Shown piece after piece: positions 48,456 through 61,400 of a stretch of 64,000 nt of DNA. The DNA is taken from NCBI GenBank assembly GCA_964035545.1, contig OZ037767.1, positions 24,010,628 to 24,074,627 of the forward strand, in the 5' to 3' direction. A program made the position numbers and the translations under genes. The first letter of the stretch is position 1; every line of letters begins with the position of its first letter. This stretch comes from Bugula neritina. Its lineage: Eukaryota > Animalia > Bryozoa. The notes under the pieces were generated by a model. That model searched no databases and had not been told where the DNA came from. It was given only the letters and a program-made list of their open reading frames with translations.

Positions 48456-51164
48456 ATGGTGAGTGCGTAGGGTTTAAATTTTATTTGTTATAAAAAAATC
48501 CTCGATCATCACTATTGTAGTTTTGTCTTAAAATATGCATTATTTTTAAAAAAGAAAATGAGGTGAATTATTTTTTAACTTTGATGGTTTGTGATTCTTA
48601 AAGTGTTTCCCTGAACCTGTATTTCAATAGTAATGTAACTCTTATCTAGACATATCTAGCATTTCACTTTACTGTTTATTGTCGAATGCTCTATTAACTT
48701 TGTTATTATACAGGCTCGTGGACCCAGGAAGCATTTGAAGAGGCTTGCGGCCCCTAAGCATTGGATGCTGGATAAGTTGTCTGGTGTATTTGCACCTAGA
48801 CCCAGCTCCGGTCCTCACAAATTAAGGGAGTCTCTCCCCATCATACTGTTCATCAGAAACAGGTTGAAATATGCTCTCACCTATGACGAAGCCAAGAAGA
48901 TTGTTATGCAAAGACTGATTAAAGTGGACAACAAAGTTCGAACTGATTTGACTTTCCCAGCAGGATTTATGGGTATGTTGTCACTTTGTCATTGTGCAAT
49001 ATTAAAATAAGCATGAAGTTGTTCAATTTTTGTGATTGTCTTGGCTACAATCATTATGATAATCATTTTCATTTTCCGACTCAGCACACTGTATTAAAGG
49101 TGTTTTTATTTAATATATTGCTTAGTAGAAGTCTAATAGCAGATAATCATGTTCATTATGATATGTTTAGTTTATAAAGTTATGATACATCACAAACTAT
49201 TATGTTAGTATAATTACTATTATAGTCAATTATTTAATATTTTAAATGTCAAAAGTTCAAAAACTTCCCATGAACAATTTGAATTTAAAAAAGGTTCGGT
49301 CACTTCTTGGCTTTTTCTCATTTCAATTTTTTAAAATGAAATTTTAGGTTTTAAAATTTATTCCATAAAGTTTCAGTATAGACCCGTTCATTACTACCTT
49401 TATTCTATGTATTTTTTAAATACATTTTGTTCCAATTTTCTGGTTTGTGATGAAGACGTAACTACTTGTGTACAGATTGCCAAAAATACACTCTTACACT
49501 AAAGTGTAGACTTGCTATAGAGAATGAATATATCAAGTCTCATGTATGATATAAGATTTGCTCTCAAGGAATCTCTAAAGTAAAGTTATGGCCTATTAAA
49601 GCCATTTTTTAATCACACACAGTTGTATTTTTGTTGTGTGTGTTGTTGTAGTAGTGTAACTAACTTGTAATAGTTGGCTGTTAGAATGCTGCTGTTTCTG
49701 CCCAGTCTTTGAAGCAAAAGATGTTAGAGACTTTTTTTGTGATGTTTGTCCTAAATTCTTGTTACAGATGTGATCAGCATTGAAAAGACTTCCGAGAACT
49801 TCCGACTTGTGTACGATGTCAAAGGTCGATTTGCTGTTCATAGAATTACAGCTGAAGAAGCAACTGTAAGTTGAAGCTGACAGTACTGCCTTATTTCTGT
49901 TGTTATCCTCATAATGCTACTCTAAATATACCTGATGATGCCGCCACAGAATACTCACTGCTGTCTGTCTGTTATAGTACAAGCTGTGCAAGGTAACCAA
50001 ACAGTGCACAGGGCCAAAAGGTGTACCATACATTGCCACCCACGATGGCCGTACCATCCGATACCCTGATCCACTCATCAAGGTTAATGACACAGTACAG
50101 GTTAACACACAGACTGGCAAGATCATGGATTTCATCAAGTTTGAAGGAGGTGAATACCAACTCTTGTACTTTTTCCATTTAGCTGATGTCGGGGTGTTAG
50201 GTTTTTCATGTACTTGAAATTTAGTTTTGTTCTCGGTGATCAGTTGCATTTACCACTGCTCCCAAGCAGTAGTGTTGAAACATATAGATTACATGCATAT
50301 GCTATATCAACTTGTGTCATTTTTATAAAAAAAGACTTACAAAAGAGTTCAAACTTTCAAAACTATGCAACGCTGACTCAAAACTTCTATACCTGCAATG
50401 CATATTTTGCGCTTGCATTATAAACAAAATTTGATTTTTCGCAAGGTCATTCATTGGTCATGTCATCCAGCTTCAAATTGTCTACTAGAGTTGTTTACCC
50501 TGGTATAGTAGAAAATGAGCATCTAGTTTCAATAATTAATTACAACTAATGAACTGTTATAAATGCCAGGTCATCATTCAATTGTATGTGTTTTTAATCG
50601 TGGCTTTTCGTGTTGAAGTAGTGTCAACTGTTTTGTTTCATACTCCATTCTAACCATATTACAAACCGTACAGGTAACTTGGCCATGGTAACTGGAGGTC
50701 ACAACATCGGACGTGTTGGTCAGATTATCAATGTAGAGAAGCACCCTGGATCTTTCCACATTGTCCATGTCAAGGACTCGCTAGGTCACAGCTTTGCTAC
50801 TCGGTAATATATTTATATATACATGGTTTAATCGTTTGAATGTGTTGCGCACAGCTATGTAAAGTTTCTATTGAATTGGTGGAGTGTGAACATGAATATA
50901 TATTTTTCCTTACACTTGATATGTTTTATGTAGTTACGCTAGTGTAGAATGGTAATTTGAGCTAGTGGAGAATGGTAACTTGAGCTAGTGGAGAATCATG
51001 ATAGCGTTGTTTTTACTTCAAATAATTTGATATTTTTTTCTGCCTCTAGATTGAATAATGTGTTCACCATTGGAAAAGGCAACAAGCCATGGATTTCACT
51101 ACCTAAAGGCAAGGGAATTCGTTCAACCATTTTGGAAGAGAGGGAAAAGAGATTGGCTGCTTAG
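48456..51164 (+). CDS. RPS4: 40S ribosomal protein S4 (eS4), 258 aa
   Basis: Exons 48456-48458 (ATG), 48714-48972 ([22 protein letters not shown]), 49768-49865, 49978-50149 ([12 protein letters not shown]), 50674-50803, 51050-51164 ([11 protein letters not shown]...KRLAA*); AATAAA at ~51202. Confidence 0.98.
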
Positions 51165-51610
51165 ATCGAGTTATTTATTTGATCAGATGTAAAGCAAACT
51201 GAATAAATTCTACAACATCTAATACACAGCCTTTTTACTTGCTCTGATAATAACCCCATTTCTATATTATATTATAATGAATGGTTAATGGTAAGTGGAA
51301 GCAAATCCCACTTTCAATCAACAATCTCCATTCCTCAATTGATATGAATTATATAAGATGAGATATACCATACCTATAACAGTGTGAGTTGACTTCAAGT
51401 TATACAAAATTAATTCTATTTTTACCATGGCACGTATTTATTTTGAATAAAGCTCACCAATAGTGTACAGTGCATAAATAACTACAAAAAATATCATTCA
51501 CCAGGTTGTTTACAAAATGGATATATTATGTACAACATGCACAAAAAATATGATCAATGCTCGGATTAGTACCAGGAAATACCAGTGCTTTGATCTTTTA
51601 GTTAGAAACT

Positions 51611-54600
51611 TCATTCCTTCATCTTCAGTTCAATTACACACCCAAATATTAATATTGATTCCTCCTGCAAAAATGGTTTCACAGGATTGGTTGGCATAGC
51701 TTGATTTTGCATAAAGCTGTTGCAAAACAGTAATTCAAAGTTAACTTCCGCTGATAAAACAAGGACACCCTAAGAAATTGTCAGCTCATGAGTGCAACAT
51801 ACAATATTTGTAAATTTACCAGAAGAGGTGGGTCAGATGAAGAGGGTAGTTTTTCTAATTCCAGCACATTCTGTCCCGCTACAAGCTCTGACTTCAACGT
51901 TATGCTTGTGTATTTCTAAAATAAATTATGTTGACTCACCACATGGTGCAGTAACAGAATCGTTCGATAATAGTACAGCCATTGCATTGATGTTGATCAT
52001 TTTTGGACCTGCTTTACAAGTGTGATGTAATGGAGGGAATAATATGAGATGAAATTAAATATATTATATTAATTTCTACACTATAAACTTACATCATCTT
52101 CTGGACGTAAAATTTTTCCATTTAATTTGACAGTTCTAAATGGAAAAGGCCCATCTGTTGATAAGTGTAGTTTAGAACTTGCTAAGTCATCGTCATACTT
52201 TCCATTAGGGAAATAGTAAGCAGCAGTTAGTCTAGCCACGCCTACAAAAAACAAATTTCTACTACATACAGCATAACTTTACAAAACTCACCTTTTAGTA
52301 ACTATCATTTTCAATAGGCAGCAACATATAATATCAAATTGAAGTTTGAATAAGCGAAGCTTAATAAGACAACAGTTTGATCAAAGCTCACAAAACTAAT
52401 CTAGTTATAAAGAAACCATTATTCAACAAAACAGAGGAGAAAGTTAGAGTTGAAGCGAAGATTTAATAGCTATTAGAATTGGTAAAAGTTTATAATACGC
52501 ACATGGGACTCCGGGATCAGAAAATTTAAACTTGATGGTGCAACCGAGTGCAGAAGGTTGAGTGAGAATCCTTGGCTCTATAAAATAATTCTTAAGGGAG
52601 AGACGCTCGGTATGACTGTCTAGATGAGCTTTCATGTAAGAAGTTATCTCCTTTTCAAGTCTACAAGCACCGTGGGAAGACAATTCAAAGAAATCGTAGT
52701 AATATTTAGTTACATCAGCCTGCCTCAATTACGTCACTTACACTGATGACTCAGCACTATGACGTCTATGAACATCAAATGACCGTACTGACACCAAAAC
52801 TCATGCCAAAAGGTGCAAAAATGGTCTCATAGCTACACTGTGTTGGTTTCAGGAGGCCACATTATATTTAATAAACTGTGCACATTTGACACACCTTATT
52901 GCGTGCCGGTAATCCCTATTTTCATTAGTATGTTTTATTGTCTCTACTAAGTTTGCACCTGGCAGGTATCAGTCAGCTATAAGAACCTCAAATAATTTTA
53001 TGCTAACACCTTGCACCATGGTGACACCTAGCACCATGTTGACACATTACACCCTGTTGACACCTTGCACCATGGTGACACCTAGCACCATGTTGACACC
53101 TAGCACCATGTTGCTACTTTGCACCAGGTGCCATGTACAGACAATACGTTCAATAAACAGTAAATAAAATACAAATTGGATTTGCTAAACATACCTGAGT
53201 TGATGATTGTTGAGAAACTCAACTACTTTTAAATGTTTATTTTTCTTCGCCAGCATAGCTGCTGTTCTGCCTTTATGATTACTATACAATGTGTTGGCAC
53301 CGCACCAGGCCAGCCTCTTTACCAAGTCTAGAACTGCGGGCTGTTTATCTGGAGTTGTGGGTTGACTTACTGCCTAAAAGCACCCATAAGTTTTACGACC
53401 ATATACATATATGCCCAGATACTAAAAGTATACCACATGCAGCATTAATGATTGCCAGCTCTTATAAAACAAGTAAGTTCCTGTGCCTAAGAAAGAACCT
53501 GGAGCGCTTCCATGTGTTTATGAATTGACGTAGTAAAACTTAGATGAAGAATCCCTTGATTAGAGGGTATACACTACTTAGAGCTTACCTTACAATGGTC
53601 CACTGACACCGGCTTCATACAATATTGCAATTTATACAAATGTATAAAGAATATGCAGCCTTGTAAAATTCACCATTCTATGCTAGATCAAGATGAAGCT
53701 CTAATAGGTGCCCAATAAGTTCAACTATTATATGTGTTACTCATACAGCTTACCAAGTAGACAGGAGTAATTAAACAAACTCACCAGAGTCAGAGGTGTG
53801 TGGTAGTTAATGGTAGTGATATCTGGCCAAACTCCGGTCTCCAGCAACCAGGAACAAATTCTGAACTTTTGTAAGCAAACCGCGAAGTGGAGAGGAGACC
53901 AGTTGCCAGGCAACAGCACATCAACTGATGACAAGTGTTGGGATTTCTGGGACATGACTTCCTCTGTTTACAGAATAATACACCCAATATACTATACTAT
54001 ACTATACAGAATACTATACTATACTATACAGAATACTATACTATACTAACTAACAGTACATAACACTATACTAACTAACAGTACATAACAATATACTAAC
54101 TAACAGTACATAGCACTATAATAACTAACAGTACGTGACACTATAATAACTAACAGTACATAGCACTATAATAACTAACAGTACATAGCACTATAATAAC
54201 TAACAGTACATAGCACTATAATAACTAACAGTACGTGACACTATAATAACTAACAGTACATAGCACTATAATAACCAACAGTACATAGCACTATAATAAC
54301 TAACAGTACACAACACTATAATAACTAGCAGTACATAGCACTATAATAACTAACAGTACACAACACTAGTTGGAATGTAAAATTTGCAACCATCAACAGT
54401 TCCTAGTCTGATGTGAGAGTCAGATTGAGCCTACACAACATTCAAGCACTGGCTATTTAAAATCATACGAGGAGGATGGCTGATTGCAACAACTTCAAAA
54501 CTTGCATTTAAAGAACAGTTTTAGCTGAATAATATGGGCAGCAGCAAATAGACAGCGTATGTGTGTGATGTAGTCAGATGGTCAAGGGTAGTTTTATCAC

Positions 54601-57463
54601 GCAACTTTCCCCTCTGTATAAATGATTAGTACGTTTAAACTTTAGCTCTTTTAGTAAGATTAGCATTGTGGTATCTCACCTCACTATGCTAGTCAAAAGT
54701 TTATCAGACATAATTATATACTTGGTTGTTATTCACTAGTATTAGTATTAGTAGGAAAGAGGTGTATCTGTGTTAGCAATGAGCTATGGTCCTACAGGTA
54801 ATAACAAATGGCAAGTGGTTGAGAATGTTGCAAGTGAATACAAACCTTCATCTAACAGTAAAATAGCAGTAGTAAGAGGCATGGCTTCCCCTTGGAATGG
54901 ACCTTCACATTTGTTGATCCAATGTTTCAGACAAGCCTGCATTTCCCCCAATAAAACGGAGAAATCCACTTCACCCTGACAAACAATCAAGTTTATGGTA
55001 ACTTCTTTCATTCCATAATAATATATACATCATATGTAAAATATCGCATAATATCAGAAAAGAAGTAAACGTCAGTCAGGAATCACACTACAAGTAACTG
55101 ATGCAAGGAGATGTCAAATCTCAAGTGAGAAAATGCTATTTCACATAGAAAAAAGATAAAAAGGCATATAATCTAGTGATTAACATAAAGTCATTGCTTC
55201 GTGTGACAATCTAAGAGTCACACACACCTTGTCACAAAGCTGTGACATAATCACTGTCATACACTTCCTGCAGTCTGTAACCCCATCCCCACTGCAATGA
55301 TCCTCAATTTCAAACTCTTTGGCTAGTTTTATATATTCCGCAGTTTTCTTCTGTTTATAGAAAGCCATATGGGTACACACATGGTTGTCATCCACCTTCA
55401 TCTTTTCTATTATAATTACAAAGAACTGTCAATAGTTTTAGTATTTTATATATTAGTATGCTTAAAAAAGGAAGCGACTAATATTAGCAATAAAATTTAA
55501 GGGTCTGAGTCAGCATAATATTAAAATGGCTAGAAAGAAAAGTAGGAATGTGCAGTTTGCAACAGTGAAACTGAAATGATTCTCATACCACAAACCTTTT
55601 ATCATTATAGTAACTTAACTCACTTGCTGAGAGTAAACTCTTAGTTTCCACCATTCCAACCATAGGTGGTGCAACTTTAGGTGGTGCAACTTTAGGTGGT
55701 ACAGTTACAGGTGGTGCAGTTTTAGGTGGTACAGTTATAGGTGGTGCAGTTTTAGATGGTACAGTTATAAGTAGTGATACTTCAAGTGGTGCAACTTTAG
55801 GTAACAAAGTTTTAGGTAACACAACTTTAGGTGGTTTAGGTTCAGGTGGTGCAGCTTGTGAGGAGACTGCAGGTGCTTTGAGTGTGGCAGGTGTCTGGTG
55901 CACCTCGGAGTAGCTGGAGTTACCGGTAGAAATGGCCTTACTTGCGGCAGGAGATTCGACAGAGGAGGGTGGAGATTCTTTACACGAAGTCAATTCTGAT
56001 GTAGGAGAGGCTGAAATAGTTCACGTTACATCAGACAGGGAGACAACTACCAGTTACATGACAAATTGTTGAATCCCAATCAATGCCTTCTATGTTTTAC
56101 CTGCCTCAATATTTCTCGCATACAATGAGTAACACTATAGGCTATAAATAGTCACTTAGTTACGTATATATATTGAGCTTGAAAATGATGTTTTCCAATG
56201 AAAAAAATGAGTGAGTTGAAACACATAAAACTACTAATGTCGAAAAAGATTGAGTTTTAATAGCTAGCCTGAATAAAAGTGTTTATCGTAATTCTACATT
56301 TGACAACTTGCTCCTCCATACTGGTTTAGCTCAACGGGCATATTGCCAACTATAGAACTACTCATTATAATATAATCTCATAATGCAATTATCAGTTGAT
56401 GCAGATGAAAATAAAATCTTACATTAATAGCATAGCTAAAATATTCTACTAACAAAACAAGGTCTGGTAATCAAATTAAATGAATAACATATTATGATAT
56501 GCACTATATCTACAAATCTTAAGGCTAAGTCAGTTCAAACTCACATGCTGAACTAGTTAGCAGCGGAGAGTTTCTTTTATTCTTTTCCGGAAGGTTGAGT
56601 CTACAAAACAAAATGGACAAAATATTATCTCGCGGTGATACTAAACAATTTAGATAAGAGTAAATGTTTCATTAAGCAATTTGTGATGGTGCCGTTTGCT
56701 ATCACTGTGACATCATCATTCCACATTTATCTTGCTAAACATGTCAGCTGACTTTATTTTGAACAGTAAAATGCCATCTAGCAAGACAGCCCCCCCCCCC
56801 GACCTCCCCCAGTGCCTATGTAGTAGTCAAGAAAACAATTGGTTTAAGTCGTTTACAATAATATCTTGGGTTGCGAATCACCTGGTAAAAGATACAAACC
56901 GCTTTTTTGCAACATCTTGTCCTTTTTTCTACAAAAAATATAACTTCCATATAAGAAACTTCCAAAATTCATGCTTGAAAAAACCTAGTTTAGCTATTGC
57001 ATCCCAAACTTACTTTAGATTTGTTTTTAGAAACTTTTGATTGAAAGTAGGCAGTGACGATTTCCTCACAGCCCACGCCCAGATGTGCATGAGGTTCCCA
57101 AGTATCTTGACTAGGCGGGTAACCTTTCCATCTGACTCTGTACATAATCTTTGACCCCTGCGAATATAATACCCAACCTGGTCATTCAAAATGTCAGAAG
57201 ATGATGAAGTTTAGCAGTGAGAATATTGAAAAACATCATCAACATTCAACAAACTTTCATTCAAACTGATGAGAAAAATTTTTGTTGGTTAAATTATTAG
57301 GCTTACATTTAATTGAAATATAAAAAATATTTCACATTCAAAATTTGTATATAACTACTACTTTTAAAAGATGTATTTGAAAACAAACCTCATATTTATG
57401 ATCCACTATCTTTTCTACTTCATAGTACTCTTCGTCAGAAGATGCCGAGTTTGATTCTTCCAT
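51611..57463 (-). CDS. MPHOSPH8: MPP8/M-phase phosphoprotein 8-like protein (chromodomain + ankyrin repeats + C-terminal beta domain), ~645 aa
   Basis: 13 phase-consistent exons: 57463-57389, 57157-57014 (chromodomain YEVEKIVDHK...YRVRWKGYPPSQDTWEP), 56928-56882, 56600-56545, 56010-55624 (Pro-rich), 55406-55228, 54975-54846, 53963-53785 and 53373-53195 (ankyrin-like WSPLHFAV, HTPLTLAV, GRTAAMLA), 52660-52503, 52241-52093 (GPFPFRTVKLNG), 51915-51820 (VAGQNVL), 51769-51611. Architecture and C-terminal motifs resemble MPP8; orthology is unconfirmed. Confidence 0.75.
53005..53125. repeat. Intronic minisatellite, 18-bp unit (TGACACCTAGCACCATGT)
   Basis: About six degenerate copies visible. Confidence 0.8.
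53988..54368. repeat. Intronic minisatellite, 25-bp unit (ATAACTAACAGTACATAGCACTATA) preceded by (ATACT)n
   Basis: Directly visible tandem array next to a splice acceptor of the MPP8-like gene. Confidence 0.9.
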
Positions 57464-57769
57464 CTTTTCATGGAAGCCTGAATTTAATTTATTAAAAATT
57501 TACTTGGCATGCATATCAGTAATATGAACAATTTAAGAAACATGTTAATATAACCTAGTACGTGAGAGATTATGCATATATAAGATATGTAAACAATTTA
57601 TTGTTAAAGTAATTAAAGTAACATTTATAGCATATTGCATCACATTGAGGAGCAGAAGCTGAGAAATTGAGAGGGTCAAGTTCTTGTTTTTATTAAATTT
57701 TGGTTTGGCTAAGGCTATCTCTACTACTGCTCCTAAATGCAAATGCACTCATCATTATCTTAATATCTA

Positions 57770-58110
57770 CTTCTAGTAATAGTAATACTAATACTAATAG
57801 TATTAGTATTACTATTAGTAATACTAATAGTAAATGTAATAATAAGACTATTAGTATTACTATTAGTATTACTATTAGTATTACTTTCAGTATTACTACT
57901 AGTACTACTAGTACTATTAGTATTACTATTAGTAGAGTATTACTATTACTATTATTCTTACTCTAGTATTAAATTTAATATATTTATAAATATTAATAAT
58001 ATTAATAATACTAATAATATTTTTTTTATTATTATCATTATAATAAAATTATATTGATTAATTATAATAATCATTATGATTATGATTATCATTATGACTA
58101 CCATTTATAA
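57770..58110. repeat. (TAA/TAG/TAC)n low-complexity tract between the divergent MPP8-like and NPHP4 starts
   Basis: Directly visible; a similar tract follows NPHP4 exon 1 at ~58660-58900. Confidence 0.8.
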
Positions 58111-58498
58111 GTAATATGTATTTATACTATAAATAATCATATATTGCATTCGTTTTTAATAATTCACGCATTAGCCATCATGATTGGAAATTGAAATCAA
58201 AATGAATTAAAATAATATATAATTATTATTATATACAATTTGATTAAGATGATTGAGGAGCGAGCGTGCGTGACTTTATAGCATGTGTAATATGCAATTG
58301 GTCAGTGTCAGTTGATGAAGTGTTATGATTGGTAGATAATAAATAAAGGTCAAAACCATATATTCCTTTGAGAAGGTCCTATAATAAACGACTCGTTAAA
58401 CATTCAGTAACTTTGAATATGTTGAAAACGGCTATTCGCTGCGGGCCGAATAATCAAAATGCGTCCTTTGCAACCACAAAGTTCATGGAGCAGTAGGA

Positions 58499-61400
58499 AT
58501 GGAGTGTGTGAAAGCAAAAGCCTGGAAAGACTTTGTAGTAAAGAACAGTATTGTACCGCCCGCTTATGATAGATTTATACAGAATAATGACAACCCTACA
58601 CCTTTCTGTCTTAATCTAAAATATTTGGAAGGAATCGAAGTGGTAAAGTATCTTGAAATAAAACTATTACTGTTTTAGTATTTACTAGTCAAAATCATTA
58701 TCATTATGATTATGATTATGATTTACTTTTAGATTATCATTTACATTATGATTATCATAAATTGTAATTGTGGCGAAGGTGAGGCTGATAGTAATATTAT
58801 GATAGTGTTATTCATATTGATATTGTACTTCAACGTGTAATACTAGTAGTAGTTGTTTATTTAATTTTATAGTTATAATTAATAACTTTTACTTTTATTA
58901 TATTCCAACTAGCAATAGCCGTTAGTGTTAAAGACAGAACAACTATGTCTATAGGCATGATTTAAACAAAACCAAGTTAAAATTGAATTGCAGTAATTGG
59001 ATTAAAATAGATATTTCCTAAAATTTGTTTGTAGAAATCAACAAATCCTTCTACTGAATATCAGGTGCGAGCCACTCTATTCGATGTAACATACAACCAG
59101 TTCTTTGGACGACCATGGACTGGCTCATTACAGTCTGCTAAAAAGGGAGGCGGGAAGCACAAATTGTCGTTGAATCAAGTAAATAGCCACCAAATATCAA
59201 TATATAGTTATTAGGCTGTTGAAATTTAGCCACGAGAGTCTTGCTATGTCTTGGAAATAGAATTTAGAAAAATTATTCATGACTAAAAATAGTTCTTTTT
59301 AAATTGAGACAAGGCACTGTTTAGAAAAATAATGCTTATATAGAGCCGTAAATTCAAAAGAATTATCTGTTTATTAAAGTAAAAAGGTAATTACTGTATA
59401 ACAAATGTACATTGCAATATTGATTTTAAATTTTGAAAAGTTCTTTTTTAATTTTATATAGAACATCTACTTTTACACTTCTGTGAAAGACATTGATGTC
59501 CTCGTAGTGTTTGAGTTGATTGCTGTTGAGAACCATGATGGTAAAGTTCGCCGTGTTAATCGCGGATGGACATTTCTTAGGCCGTTTGCATCTGATAATG
59601 TTACAGATGTCAGTTCTAATAAAGAACCAACCGCTCAAAGGTAATTTTAAGTATAAGGAATTTAATGTTTGTATCTTCACAATTATTATTATGTAGTTAG
59701 AGTGTATACTGTACAAAACTTTTAAAATGTAGTTGAGATTTTTTTCAAACTATTGCACGGCATTCCCATACTCAGATTATGATGACAGGCCTATAAAGAG
59801 GAGATACTTTTTGTTACTTTGAATGTGTATTAATGTGTTGAATGATGTATAAGCTATACCAAAACCTGCGTGCTGTACTGTGACAAGTGTAAAAATCTTC
59901 ACACACTTATCTTCATAATAAGCAATATTGGCAAGATACACAAAAAAGATGTTTTCATACTCACGAAAATTGTAGTCTCATCAATTTACATGAAATCTGT
60001 TTGGGAAAGCATTGACCTCTACTTTAGATTGAGTATGTATGCCGGCACTCCTAGAGCTTTATTGCAAATGGAGAATCCTATTGAAAAGAACGAGAACATC
60101 TCCTTCCTGCCAGGATCCACCCTCATGTGTGGTTTGATGATAAATGCATCTCTGCTCAAGCTCCAACATCTTCTGCCAGAAAATGTCATTTTAGGCCCAA
60201 ATGATATAGTTCCAGGAGTGGTTGACTCTATCCATTCAGATACTGCACTCAGTAAGTGACGACTCACACACTGCACTCAGTGAGTACTGACTCACACACT
60301 GCACTCAGTGAGTACTTCTCACACGCTGCACTCAGTGAGTGATGACTCGGACAATGCACCCAGTGGGTGATGACTCACACACTGCACTCAGTGAGTACTG
60401 ACTCACACACTGCACTCAGTGAGTACTGACTTACACACTGCACTCAGTGAGTACTGACTCCCACACTGCACTCAGTGAGTACTGACTCCCACACTGCACT
60501 CAGTGAGTACTGACTCACACACTGTACTCAGTGATTGATGACTCAGACACTGCACTCAGTGAGTTTTTAGTCAGACTGTATGCATTGAGTGTTTGTTTAA
60601 AGAGTTACTCAGTCGCACAGCCATATGTTCTTTCTGTTACAGAAGATTGTTTCAGGAGACCAAAGTTGTTGAGGCCAATGAAAGCATTTCTAGACAAGGT
60701 TTCAGTTACACTGTATCCCAACATAGAGAAGTTTGAGGAGGAGTTACTCACCCTTCTCAATGAAGATCGGGTGAATAGAGAGAACACTGTAGCCGATGGG
60801 ACCAGCGTTTCAATTGTGGAGCGAAGACTCATGGTGAGATTGTATGACTTGTTCTTTTGAAATCATACTTTTGGTTTTGTAGAAAGCAAAATTACAAAAG
60901 CATATACAATTATTATTTTCACTAATATGTGAAAATTTGCTTTCAAATCAAAATGAATTCATTTTGAATATGTTGTTTTGATATCAAGCGAATACCAGTT
61001 AACATTTTCTTATTGACTTACTGCCTGTTACTATGTGTATGTGTTTAATGCAGATTGGTGTACACAATGGGTTTTGCTATGTGGAAAAACCAGAGGTGGC
61101 ACATCTTGTCCCTCAGGACTTGTCTCAGAGGCGAGGATCTTCTATCAGAAAGCATCAAAGAACATCTTCACATACATCACTGTAAGATAGAGATCACTGT
61201 AAAATAGAGATCACTGTAAGATAGAGATCACTGTAAGATAGAGATCACTGTAAGATAGAGATCACTGTAAGATAGAGATCACTGTAAGATAGAGATCACT
61301 GTAAGATAGAGATCACTGTAAGATAGAGATCACTGTAAGATAGAGATCACTGTAAGATAGAGATCACTGTAAGATAGAAATCACTGTAAGATAGAAATCA

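Noticed and set aside
49440-50550. Possible intronic snoRNAs in RPS4 (GTGATGA at ~49447; hairpins at ~50180-50280)
   Set aside because: No properly placed D box or H box found by eye; needs an Infernal/snoscan search.
51940-52008. Cassette-exon-like segment with good splice sites in an intron of the MPP8-like gene
   Set aside because: Phase-incompatible, and it would leave a downstream intron of only ~24 nt.
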